Shown: positions 9,529 to 18,848, counted from the stretch's first letter. The stretch: 64,000 nt of DNA from Candidatus Cloacimonadales bacterium (GCA_963677495.2 CAXXOU010000001.1:1-64000); one strand, 5' to 3'. The notes: generated by a model from the letters alone, not told the origin. Numbers and translations: made by a program.

Positions 9529-10126
9529 TTACCTGCTTTTTGAGTAATGAACTCATCTTAAGACCCGGAAGAATTTGGAATAGTATCATAGATAATCCAA
9601 AAACTATAAAACTCTCAGGTTTCTTGTAGAAAAACAGCCCTGCTCCGGTGAGCCACCAACCAAGAGCAACAAACTTCATCCATTTGAATGCATTCAATTC
9701 GCCTGTAATAAAATAGGCAATACCAAGTATTATTGCGATAATAGGACAAATAGCATAGGGAGTGATGGTATTGCTGACCATACCTGCAAAAGGAATTAGC
9801 GACATCGATACTCCAGCTGAAAGCCAAATTGCATTTAGTACTTTTGTGCTATGTGTATAAACAATCTTATTACTTCTATTAAAACCAAGAAATGAAATCG
9901 TCCAACCTACAAGAGTGATTCCACCCCATAGATAAAGGAAATACCAGCCGGAAGTTAAAGGTATAAGCCCCTTAATCGGGAGATAGTTCCCAATCATGCC
10001 AATTAAGACAAGTATTCCCCATAGCATATAATCTGCACCACCACTAAGTGTTTTCTTTCTATTACTATCTTCTAACAAGGCTTTAATATAAGCCAAATTC
10101 TCTATAGCTTCCTGTTTCTGAGTCAT
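9512..10126 (-). CDS. Hypothetical polytopic membrane protein (~6 TM)
   Basis: Six hydrophobic segments; AGGAGG RBS; overlaps the regulator gene. Confidence 0.85.
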   Translation of the reverse strand: MTQKQEAIENLAYIKALLEDSNRKKTLSGGADYMLWGILVLIGMIGNYLPIKGLIPLTSGWYFLYLWGGITLVGWTISFLGFNRSNKIVYTHSTKVLNAIWLSAGVSMSLIPFAGMVSNTITPYAICPIIAIILGIAYFITGELNAFKWMKFVALGWWLTGAGLFFYKKPESFIVFGLSMILFQILPGLKMSSLLKKQVSENEG

Positions 10127-10233
10127 CTTGTCCTCCTTTTTCTTGAAGATTACTCTGTTTTATAAAGTTACTTTATTTTTTAAAGCACAGCAGTCAAGAG
10201 ATTTATTCTTTTAAATCTGCTATTAGATAAAGA

Positions 10234-10269
10234 AATAGACACTGAGCCTTTTAAAACTCAGTGTCTATT
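10234..10269 (-). terminator. Hairpin terminator
   Basis: aatagacactgag-cctttttaaaa-ctcagtgtctatt. Confidence 0.6.
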
Positions 10270-10301
10270 GGTTATAATAATTTTCCTAAATCACTCTGAT
10301 C

Positions 10302-10550
10302 TTAATAATCCTGATTCCTCTTATCATTAATAGCTTCCTCAATTGAGAAGGTCGGGCAAAGGTAATCAAGAGCGATGATAGCATCGTTAAGTTCATCCCT
10401 ACTCTTGAAACTATGCTTGATGATCTCACCATTTTCCATCTCAAACTGGATTTCAGGTGTCCCCTCTTTTGTTGGTTTGTAATACAAAATCTGTGCAATA
10501 TTGATTCGCAGTCCATTTTTATCACCGAGCCTTATAAATCTGCTATCCAT
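10302..10550 (-). CDS. Hypothetical protein (82 aa)
   Basis: AGGAGG RBS, upstream TTGACA, followed by a terminator hairpin. Confidence 0.75.
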   Translation of the reverse strand: MDSRFIRLGDKNGLRINIAQILYYKPTKEGTPEIQFEMENGEIIKHSFKSRDELNDAIIALDYLCPTFSIEEAINDKRNQDY

Positions 10551-10626
10551 GATTCCTCCTTCTAAGTGCTATACATATATTATTACTCTCTTAATCAATT
10601 TTGTCAACTTTATATATGCATTTTTA

Positions 10627-10740
10627 TCGTAGGGGCTTAACATCTTAAGCTCTAAGGTGTCTCCACAATAAACTTTTTTAGGTGCATTCAATTGGAAACA
10701 TAATCTGCTAAATAGGGTTCAAGTTGTTGAACCCCTACGA
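10627..10740. repeat. REP-like doublet (REPIN-type): two GTAG-headed palindromes in inverted orientation
   Basis: cgtaggggcttaa-catc-ttaagctct at the left; agggttcaa-gttg-ttgaacccctacg at the right (reverse complement begins cgtaggggttcaa). Confidence 0.7.
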
Positions 10741-10829
10741 ATAGTTCGACATGTAATGTCGGAATAGATACTTCAGAGATAATCCGAGAAATCTGTGGCA
10801 TTTGTCTTCAGCAATTCCGATGAAACACT

Positions 10830-10910
10830 CGTTAGCTTCCCGTTAGATCCCCGTTAGATCCCCGTTACAGCTGATGAGAATTGGATTGGCTTCAGATGGC
10901 AAAGAGATTC
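10830..10910. repeat. 11-bp-period array (CGTTA x4, then a degenerate GAT(G/T) arm x4)
   Basis: CGTTA at 10830, 10841, 10852, 10863; GAT(G/T) at 10873, 10884, 10895, 10906. Confidence 0.65.
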
Positions 10911-11172
10911 AAGCTCAATTCATATTATGAGCGAGTAAGCAAATACTATGTCCATTCCAGTTCACTAAGTCTATAAATCAGACAATGCATACAATATTAC
11001 TATCCACTCATTGCTCTATCATAATAAAGCATAGAAAGCTGCCCGATTACAGAGAGTCTCTTGGGTCTCCCCGGGGCTGGAAGATAAGAGACTGTCCGGA
11101 CGGTAGGCAGAAAAAGTTAGGAGTCAATTCCGAATTAAGATGGGCTAATGAGAGGCAAATGTCTGATTCCTG

Positions 11173-11244
11173 ACCACGCCTAAACCACGGGTTGACCACG
11201 GCTCCCGTGGTATGGGCGTGGTTTACGCGTGGTTTTTCCGTGGT
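11173..11244. repeat. 11-bp-period palindromic array ACCACG x3 / CGTGGT x4
   Basis: ACCACG at 11173, 11184, 11195; CGTGGT at 11206, 11217, 11228, 11239; homologous copy at 31681. Confidence 0.9.
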
Positions 11245-11387
11245 TAAACATCACAGATTTGTCCTGCTTGGATTGAGGAAACGCGAAGGAATAAGTTTTT
11301 CAAATCTCATAACAGATAATTATTTGTAGTAGTTAAGAAGGTTCATATTCTCTGTTTCGAAAAAAGATATTGACATTACGCGAAGGG

Positions 11388-11408
11388 CATACATTCGTGT
11401 TTGTATAT
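11388..11408. promoter_or_regulatory. Putative AcrR-like TetR operator upstream of tetR
   Basis: catacattcgtgtttgtatat downstream of TTGACA (11370); 18/21 identical to the site at 12105. Confidence 0.65.
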
Positions 11409-11418
11409 TAAAGGAGTA

Positions 11419-12063
11419 ATGATGAGACGAACAAAAAGTGAAGCAGAACAGACTAAGAATGATTTGGTGATGGCAGCCTTGGAAATCTTTAGTGAACAGG
11501 GATATGCAGCAACTAAATTGTCTGATATTGCTAAACGTGCAGGAACTACTCGTGGTGCTATCTATTGGCATTTCGAGAATAAGGATGCATTGTTCTCTTA
11601 TCTTATCAATGAGGGAATGAATCATCTTAACATATATGTTGAGGAGACATATAGCACAGCAGGTACTTTTTTAGAAAGGACTAAAAAGCTATATGTAGGC
11701 TTCAAGAATATGGGGAAATATGAACATGCTTTGTTCCATTTCATTAAAGATAACTTCCTTCAAGTAAGAAAGATTCCAGCTGTTGAGTCTATCTTGAAAT
11801 CCTTTTTCAACAAGGCTATTGATGCCCTCAAAATTGTTGAACGCGAGATTGTTAAAGCTCAAATTATCGGTGAGATTAAAAAAGATATCGATGTGGAGGC
11901 ATATAGTGCATCAATACTTAATTTCTTGGCACTATTGGGTATGAAAAGTAAAACAGAAGCATCAATGATTGAAGTATGTCTACCCGGATTTGAGATGAAG
12001 GATTATTCAAACGAGTTAGTGGAGATAGTGTTTAACGGATTACATAGCTTAGAAACTAAATAA
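11419..12063 (+). CDS. TetR/AcrR family regulator of RND efflux locus 1
   Basis: MRRTKSEAEQT...IAKRAGTTRGAIYWHFENK; AAGGAG RBS. Confidence 0.95.
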   Translation: MMRRTKSEAEQTKNDLVMAALEIFSEQGYAATKLSDIAKRAGTTRGAIYWHFENKDALFSYLINEGMNHLNIYVEETYSTAGTFLERTKKLYVGFKNMGKYEHALFHFIKDNFLQVRKIPAVESILKSFFNKAIDALKIVEREIVKAQIIGEIKKDIDVEAYSASILNFLALLGMKSKTEASMIEVCLPGFEMKDYSNELVEIVFNGLHSLETK

Positions 12064-12104
12064 ATCAGGTTCAGATAAGCTATGTATATTTTTTTACACT
12101 AAAA

Positions 12105-12125
12105 CAAACATGCGTGTATGTATAT
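12105..12125. promoter_or_regulatory. Second putative TetR operator, upstream of the RND gene
   Basis: caaacatgcgtgtatgtatat; imperfect palindrome matching the 11388 site. Confidence 0.65.
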
Positions 12126-12151
12126 GATGATTATGAATATATGGAGGAACA

Positions 12152-15100
12152 ATGTTTCTATCGAAAACTGCGATAGATAGACCTGTAACAACCTGGGTAC
12201 TGGTAATTGTACTGGTGCTTATGGGATTACTGGCATATCGCTCTATTCCTCTCAGTCTTTCACCTGAGACAAATCTACCTGTTGTGACAGTACAGATAGT
12301 TTATCCCGGTGCAGGTGCTGAAGAGATTCAAAACAACATAACAAAGAAAGTTGAGGATGAGATAGCCACAATTAGTGATATCGACTATTTCAACTCTTAC
12401 GTCATGGAAGGTGCTTCAATTACAATGCTAATGTTTAAATCCTCTAAGGATGAGAATATTGCTTTGCGTGAAGTTAAAGACAAAGTTGAGCTTATTGCAA
12501 ACGACTTGCCTAGTGATGCTTGGGAACCTGAAATCAGTAAGTTCGATATAGCTTCAGATCCTACTGTTACATACTCAATGGTGACAACAATGTCACCTGT
12601 AGATGCAAATGATTATGCAGAGAATGTGCTTAAACCAAGATTATCTCGTATATCGGGTGTAGCTGAAGTGGAGCTGACAGGAGCTTCTGAACGTGAAATC
12701 CAAGTTGTAATGAATAGAAAACAGCTTAAGAAGTATGACCTCTCCCCTCTTCAGATAGTTCAGTTCCTTCAGATGAATAACATGAACCTTCCAAGTGGTA
12801 ACATTAGGAAAAAAGGGCATGAATATAGCGTTAAATATGAAGGTGAGTTCAAGTCTCTATCAGATATAGAGAACATAAAAGTTCCAACTCCACGAGGAGA
12901 AAGGTTACTTAGAGAACTTGCTTCTGTAAAAGAAACGACAAAGAAAGCTACAGACCTTAGTAGGTTTTACGATAAAACAAGTACTCTAAAAGGTGACAAC
13001 CTGACAGTAATCAATATTGGTGTACTTAAATTAAGCTCAGCTAATGTTGTGAAAGTTGCTGAATCCGTGAAAGCTGAAATGGTTACAATCAATAAAGAGT
13101 TGCCTGATAATATAAATCTTCTACTTGCAGAAGACAGCTCTACGTTTGTAAAAGATTCTGTACGAGATACACTCTCATCTATCTATCTTGGTATCTTCTT
13201 CACAGCACTTGTCTTGTTACTGTTCCTTCATGACTTGAGAAGTACATTCGTTGTAGCAATCTCAATGCCGGTTGTGCTAGTAGCAACATTCATGATGGTT
13301 AGTGGTGCCGGATTTACACTTAATGTTATGTCATTGATGGCAATGAGTGTCTCGGTGGGCACCCTGGTTACGAACTCAGTTGTGATACTTGAGAACATCG
13401 ATAGATACATAAAGATGGGTATGAATAAAAAGGAAGCTTCTGATAAAGGTACAGCCGAAATCGCAGTTGCTGTTATTGCTTCCACTCTTACTAATATTGT
13501 TGTATTTGTTCCAATTGCTACTATGCAGTCAATAGTAGGTTCAATCTTTAAAGAGTTCGGACTGACAGTTGTGTTCATCATGATCCTATCAATTGTTGTG
13601 AGTTTCACTCTTACACCTATGCTCGCTTCCCAGATTATTAAGACCAAGGATAAGAAGAAACATAAGAGAGGTTTCGGTCCTGCATTTGAAGCTTGGTTTG
13701 AGCGAGTTTCAACATCATACAAAAACTCAGTTCAATGGATTGTGAATACACCTACAAGAAGAATAGGTACAATAGTTCTTTCATTTGCAGCTTTAGTGCT
13801 AATTGCTCTAACTCTTGGCAGAAGCATCGGTTCAGAATTCGTCCCATACGTAGATGATGGTGTGGTTAGAGTAACTGCTGAATTCCCTCCATATTATGAC
13901 TTAGATAAAACATCCGATAAGTTCGAGGAGATGGAAAACATAATCCGTGAGCATGAAGATGTAGAGAAGATGATTATTAATATTGGTTCTCTTGGTATGA
14001 CTGAAGGTGTGTATGTTGGAGAGATGAAAGCTTATCTAAAAGATGATAGAAAGAGTTCCACCAAAGAAGTCACTCAATTCCTAACAAAAAGATTAGCAAG
14101 TATCCCTGATGGTATTATTAAAGTATCAGAAGTATCACAGTTCGAGACTCCTGCTTCTCCTATTCAGTTTGAGATACTTGGTACAGATCTGGAAACTGTA
14201 AAGGACTTAACTAATCAAGTATATACTATTGCTCAAAATGTTGAGGGTACACTTAATGTAGATACAGATATTAGAGACGGTAAACCTGAGTTTAAGTTCA
14301 TCCCAAACAGACAGAAGATGGCTGATGCAGGAGTTAATGTATATGATATTGCGATGACGCTAAGAGCTACAATCGAAGGTTTCGAAGCTTCAACATATAG
14401 ATTAGACGGAGAGGAGTATGACATCCGAGTGATGTTAGAGAACTCAGATATTAATGATGCTCAGAAACTTGAGAATATCCCTATTATGACTCCTAAGGGT
14501 GCTAAACTTATCTCAGAACTCGGTTCTGTTGAACTTACTAAAGCCCCAACTATGATCTATAGGAAGGATAAGCTTATTATGCATTCAGTTACAGCCAGTG
14601 TTGGTAGTAGAACACTTGGAGAGATTGTGAATGATATCCAAACAGGTATAGATGATAAGATTACTATTCCAAATGAATATAAGATTGAACAGGGTGGTAA
14701 CGCAAGGTTCCAGAATGAAGCTATGCAAGATATGATGAGAGCTTTCTTTATTGCACTTGCACTGACCTTCCTTCTTATTGTGGCTATTCTAGAGTCCTGG
14801 GGACAAGGTGTTATAATTATGACTACTATCCCGCTATCCCTCATCGGTGTTATAATGGGATTATCATTCTTTGGTGTAGCACTCAACATCTTTGCTATGA
14901 TGGCTGTCGTCATGCTGATTGGTATTGTTGTGAACAATGCCATCATTATCCTCGATTACACAAACCACTTGCACAGAAATGGGCTTGGTAAAGTAGAAGC
15001 TATATTAGAAGCTGCACATACAAAACTTAGAGCTATCGTTATGGCCACCTTAGCTTCTGTACTTGGTATGCTTCCTCTTGCTCTCGGTTTAGGTGCAGGT

Positions 15101-15220
15101 GCTGAACTTCGTCAAGGTGTTGGTATCGTATCAATGGGAGGACTCTTAACATCAGCTCTTCTGACTCTGTTTGTGATACCTGCTATCTATGTTCAATTCA
15201 CGAAAAAGAGAAACAGCTAA
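12152..15220 (+). CDS. RND efflux permease (AcrB/AcrD/AcrF family)
   Basis: 1022 aa; AIDRPVTT, YPGAGAEEI, FKEFGLTV, SFTLTPMLAS, LGMLPLALGLGAGAELRQ. Confidence 0.95.
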   Translation: MFLSKTAIDRPVTTWVLVIVLVLMGLLAYRSIPLSLSPETNLPVVTVQIVYPGAGAEEIQNNITKKVEDEIATISDIDYFNSYVMEGASITMLMFKSSKDENIALREVKDKVELIANDLPSDAWEPEISKFDIASDPTVTYSMVTTMSPVDANDYAENVLKPRLSRISGVAEVELTGASEREIQVVMNRKQLKKYDLSPLQIVQFLQMNNMNLPSGNIRKKGHEYSVKYEGEFKSLSDIENIKVPTPRGERLLRELASVKETTKKATDLSRFYDKTSTLKGDNLTVINIGVLKLSSANVVKVAESVKAEMVTINKELPDNINLLLAEDSSTFVKDSVRDTLSSIYLGIFFTALVLLLFLHDLRSTFVVAISMPVVLVATFMMVSGAGFTLNVMSLMAMSVSVGTLVTNSVVILENIDRYIKMGMNKKEASDKGTAEIAVAVIASTLTNIVVFVPIATMQSIVGSIFKEFGLTVVFIMILSIVVSFTLTPMLASQIIKTKDKKKHKRGFGPAFEAWFERVSTSYKNSVQWIVNTPTRRIGTIVLSFAALVLIALTLGRSIGSEFVPYVDDGVVRVTAEFPPYYDLDKTSDKFEEMENIIREHEDVEKMIINIGSLGMTEGVYVGEMKAYLKDDRKSSTKEVTQFLTKRLASIPDGIIKVSEVSQFETPASPIQFEILGTDLETVKDLTNQVYTIAQNVEGTLNVDTDIRDGKPEFKFIPNRQKMADAGVNVYDIAMTLRATIEGFEASTYRLDGEEYDIRVMLENSDINDAQKLENIPIMTPKGAKLISELGSVELTKAPTMIYRKDKLIMHSVTASVGSRTLGEIVNDIQTGIDDKITIPNEYKIEQGGNARFQNEAMQDMMRAFFIALALTFLLIVAILESWGQGVIIMTTIPLSLIGVIMGLSFFGVALNIFAMMAVVMLIGIVVNNAIIILDYTNHLHRNGLGKVEAILEAAHTKLRAIVMATLASVLGMLPLALGLGAGAELRQGVGIVSMGGLLTSALLTLFVIPAIYVQFTKKRNS

Positions 15221-15232
15221 GGAGGAGTAAGT

Positions 15233-16507
15233 ATGAAGAAAATAACTATAATCTTGATGCTGTTGATAAGTTTAACCTTAATTGCCGACAGTGTTACATT
15301 AGATGAAGCAATCAACATTGCTCTTGATAAAAATGAAAATGTGCTAACTGCAAAAGAAGATCTTCAGAACTCTAAGTATAAATTCCATGAAGCTCTGGCG
15401 AATGCATTTCCTACTATTGATGCTACAATGACTGCTGTTCATAAAAGCTATACTTCTAATGATATGTTCGACCAACAAGAGGATAAAGCCTTTGATGGAG
15501 AACTCACAATCGTACAGCCTCTCTGGGTTGGCGGTAAGGTTGGAACCGGGATCAAGATTGCGAAAGTCTACAACAAACTATCTAAAGAGGCATTTGAGCT
15601 TGAGAAAGCTAAGACCAGAGTATCTGTTACTGAAAGCTTTAACAATGTCCTATTAGCTAAAGAAGCTTTTAGAGTAATCAAAACAACCAGAGATAATGCT
15701 CAAGAAAATCTCAGAATAGCTGAAGTGATGTTTGAGCAGGAGCTTATCTCTGAATATGAGCTTATTAAAGCACGAGTTAGAGTGAAATCACTGGATCCGA
15801 TGGTTATTGAGTATCAGAATAATTACAAACTAGCACTTGATAGCTTTAAAACTGAACTTGGTCTTGAGCTTGACAGTGAAATTGAGCTTTCCGGAACTCT
15901 TGAATACAGTGATGTTGTGGTTGATACACTAAATTATAAAGAGAGAGTGTTAGCGAAAAGACGAGAGCTTTCTATGCTCAAAAAGCAGAATACGATGTAC
16001 AAACAGTACAAGCGTATTGCAGTTGGAGACCTTCTACCAACAATCGCTGCTGTAGGTTCCTACACATCACAATCAACACAGGATGAGTTCTCTGATCTCT
16101 TTGAAGATGATTTTAATATAAGAAAGTTTAATGTTGGTTTGAATGTCACAATCCCGATCTTCCATGGTGGTGGAACCTATGCGAGAATCAATCAAGCAAA
16201 GAGCTCAATCAGAAAGTCAGACCTACAGATTCAAAGAACAACTCGCCTTCTTCAATTAGAAGCTGAAGCAGCTTACAAGACTATGAACCAAGCTTATGAA
16301 GAGATTGGACTTCAAGAAGATGTTGTAAGAGAAAGCACTAAAGCACTTGAGATTGCTAACATCCGTTTCAGAAACGGTGTTGGTTCTCAGATAGAAGTGA
16401 TCGATGCCCAAACAGAACTACAAACAAGCCAATTAAACCTGCTCGCTGCAGTACATAAATACACTAACGCAGTAGTTAACTTCAACTACACAAGCGGTAT
16501 CTATTAA
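15233..16507 (+). CDS. TolC family outer-membrane efflux protein
   Basis: Signal peptide; TLDEAINIAL; RFRNGVGSQIEVIDAQ; operon context. Confidence 0.93.
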   Translation: MKKITIILMLLISLTLIADSVTLDEAINIALDKNENVLTAKEDLQNSKYKFHEALANAFPTIDATMTAVHKSYTSNDMFDQQEDKAFDGELTIVQPLWVGGKVGTGIKIAKVYNKLSKEAFELEKAKTRVSVTESFNNVLLAKEAFRVIKTTRDNAQENLRIAEVMFEQELISEYELIKARVRVKSLDPMVIEYQNNYKLALDSFKTELGLELDSEIELSGTLEYSDVVVDTLNYKERVLAKRRELSMLKKQNTMYKQYKRIAVGDLLPTIAAVGSYTSQSTQDEFSDLFEDDFNIRKFNVGLNVTIPIFHGGGTYARINQAKSSIRKSDLQIQRTTRLLQLEAEAAYKTMNQAYEEIGLQEDVVRESTKALEIANIRFRNGVGSQIEVIDAQTELQTSQLNLLAAVHKYTNAVVNFNYTSGIY

Positions 16508-16516
16508 GGAGGAATT

Positions 16517-17560
16517 ATGAAAAAGTTATTTATATTAGCAATAACACTTATGATGATGTTAATGGGATGTTCAGATGAAGCAGAGCAGCCAAAATCAATC
16601 CAAGATATCCAAGCAGCACAGGGAATCCCTGTTAGCATAGAGAAAGTTGAATCAGTTAAATTAGAGCAATGGGAAGAGTTTCAAACCACTCTCGAAGGAG
16701 CAAAAGAGGCTAATGTTTTTGGTCTTCTTAATGATAACTTAGAATCAGTAACCGTTAAGCTTGGTGATTATGTTGAAGAAGGTGACATTGTTGCTGAATA
16801 CGCTACTGATTCCCCTACAGCACAGTACACTCAAGCTTTACTGGCTAAGCAGAATGCCGAGAAGCTTTTCAATAGAATGCAGGTTGTGTACAACGCAGGC
16901 GGTATTTCAAAGCAGGAACTTGATAACATTCAAACACAATATGATGTTTCTGTTGAGAATCTTAACTCTGTTTCAAAACTAGTGAGAGTTGAAGCACCAA
17001 TCGCAGGTAGAGTAACTGAGATTAATTATGATCCGGGTGACTTCTGTTCTCCTGCTACTCCAATCGTTAGAATAGTGAACACAAGAACGCTTAGAGCAAC
17101 AATCGATGTTGATGAAACAAGAATCAATCGATTCAAGAAGCATCAGACAGTTATGATTAGTTGGGATGCCGTTCCAAACAAAGAATTCAGAGGAACTATA
17201 ACAGGTATCGCACTTTCTGCTAATCCTAAGAAACGTGGTTTTGCGGTAGATATTAAAGTTAATAATGCTTCTGACCAACTCAGAGCCGGAGCTTTTGTAA
17301 CTGCATCAATCAACACAAACACAACCCCTGATGCTGTTGTTGTTAACAGACTCTCAGTAATAAATGAGAATGAAAAAGACTATATCTTTGTCATTGAAGA
17401 TAACAAAGCAGAAAAAAGAGAAGTGAAAACAGGTATTGTAGTATCAGATAAGATTGAGATAACTTCAGGTCTTACAACTAATGAGAACTATGTTTTCGAA
17501 GGCCAAAGTAGACTTCAAAATGGTAGTAAGGTAAATATAATAACTTCCAACGATTCATAA
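16517..17560 (+). CDS. RND periplasmic adaptor (MFP), lipoprotein
   Basis: Lipobox LMGC; VKLGDYVEEGD; VEAPIAGRV; GGISKQELD. Confidence 0.93.
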   Translation: MKKLFILAITLMMMLMGCSDEAEQPKSIQDIQAAQGIPVSIEKVESVKLEQWEEFQTTLEGAKEANVFGLLNDNLESVTVKLGDYVEEGDIVAEYATDSPTAQYTQALLAKQNAEKLFNRMQVVYNAGGISKQELDNIQTQYDVSVENLNSVSKLVRVEAPIAGRVTEINYDPGDFCSPATPIVRIVNTRTLRATIDVDETRINRFKKHQTVMISWDAVPNKEFRGTITGIALSANPKKRGFAVDIKVNNASDQLRAGAFVTASINTNTTPDAVVVNRLSVINENEKDYIFVIEDNKAEKREVKTGIVVSDKIEITSGLTTNENYVFEGQSRLQNGSKVNIITSNDS

Positions 17561-17617
17561 TCACTCCAAGGGTTAGCGTGTAGTATAATCCCCTTAGCTA
17601 ACCCTCTCTCAAGTAGC

Positions 17618-17654
17618 CAAGAGAGTGCGCCGCCCTTACGCACTCTCTTTTTTT
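17618..17654 (+). terminator. Intrinsic terminator of RND operon 1
   Basis: aagagagtgcg-ccgccctta-cgcactctct followed by a T-run. Confidence 0.75.
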
Positions 17655-17706
17655 GTTGCAAACATTTTATACATATCACAAAATTGGTCTTAATCAGGAG
17701 GTATGT

Positions 17707-18636
17707 ATGAGCAAGAAAGAGATTGAATGGTCCGACAAGTATTACAAGAAGATGCTTATAGAGCAAAGAAAGCGTATGTGGCATGATGACACAATTGAGA
17801 AGCTAGCTAACTGGTTTGGACTTAAACAAGGTATGAAGGTAGCAGACATAGGCTGCGGACTCGGCTACTTAGGATTTACCTATTGGGAACACTTTGGTAA
17901 GAAAGGTCATTATGTAGGCATAGACCTATCAGAGAACCTCGTTAAAGAAGCTACAGAGATGGCTAAAGATTGGGCTAAAGATGGTAAAGCTGAGTTTCAT
18001 CAAGGCTCTGCTTATGAGCTAAAGCTTAAAGATAACAGCTTCGATGTTGTCATGTGCCAGACTCTCTTGATGCACTTAGAGTTTCCGGAGAAGGCACTGC
18101 AAGAAATGAAGAGAATCCTTAAACCCGGCGGTCGCATAATCTGTATTGAACCTGATAATCTTGCCAATTCTACACGACCTCATGTTAACACTTTATATGA
18201 AGAGTCCATAGATGATATGCTTTTAAGATTTAAAGTGTTCTATTACGGCTTTAAAGGGCACCAAAAACTACAATATGGAGATAATTCTATTGGTTCAAAA
18301 CTCCCATTATTGTTAGCAAAAGCAGGATTTACTGATTTAGATGGCAGATGCAATGATAAAATAAATTTCATCGCTCCACCATATCCTGAAAACTTCTTAG
18401 AAAATGCCAGGAAAACTAAAGATAAGAAACCAGGCAAAGAAGATAAGATGTGGCGCAAGATCTTGAGACGTGATGTTCTTGCCGGTGGTGGTACTGAGTA
18501 TATGCTCCGTAAATACTTTAAAATGGTAGAGAAACAGCGTAATACTGCTTTAGGTGTATATCTTGATTTAATAGAAGCAAATGAGTATTACACGTTTAAT
18601 GTAAACAATCTCTTTGTTGCGATTGGGAGGAAATAA
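17707..18636 (+). CDS. Class I SAM-dependent methyltransferase (UbiE/Methyltransf_31-like)
   Basis: VADIGCGLG, GIDLS, DNSFDVV, RILKPGG; start after AGGAGG. Confidence 0.9.
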   Translation: MSKKEIEWSDKYYKKMLIEQRKRMWHDDTIEKLANWFGLKQGMKVADIGCGLGYLGFTYWEHFGKKGHYVGIDLSENLVKEATEMAKDWAKDGKAEFHQGSAYELKLKDNSFDVVMCQTLLMHLEFPEKALQEMKRILKPGGRIICIEPDNLANSTRPHVNTLYEESIDDMLLRFKVFYYGFKGHQKLQYGDNSIGSKLPLLLAKAGFTDLDGRCNDKINFIAPPYPENFLENARKTKDKKPGKEDKMWRKILRRDVLAGGGTEYMLRKYFKMVEKQRNTALGVYLDLIEANEYYTFNVNNLFVAIGRK

Positions 18637-18646
18637 GTGTATTTTG

Positions 18647-18833
18647 AGCCCGTTTAGGGCTAAATGTGAATAGCTATAGGTCGAATGACCTATGGTTAGT
18701 AACCGATTGAAGTTCCAGCCCTATATGGGCTGAATAAGCTTGTTTGTATTCGGCCCATATAGGGCTGGAAATCTTTTAATTAATGACCATGGGCTGACGC
18801 CCATGGCTATTCAGATTCTGTCCTCAACGGACA
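18647..18833. repeat. Nested ~190-bp palindromic element (REP/MITE-like) between convergent genes
   Basis: Inner arms ttccagccctatatgggctgaata / tattcggcccatatagggctggaa; outer arms tgaatagctatagg...cctatggt / accatggg...cccatggctattca; terminal mini-hairpins. Confidence 0.8.
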
Positions 18834-18848
18834 GGAGGAAGAACTACT

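Noticed and set aside
10286..10525. 79-aa alternative-frame ORF
   Set aside because: Overlaps 10302..10550, which has the strong AGGAGG RBS and ATG start.
10985..11173. 62-aa ORF
   Set aside because: Lies in the repeat hotspot with no RBS or motif.
11173..11244. CRISPR array interpretation of the periodic repeats (also 20451, 31681, 59443)
   Set aside because: Period is 11 bp with 4-6-bp cores; no 23-47-bp repeats with unique spacers, and no cas genes.
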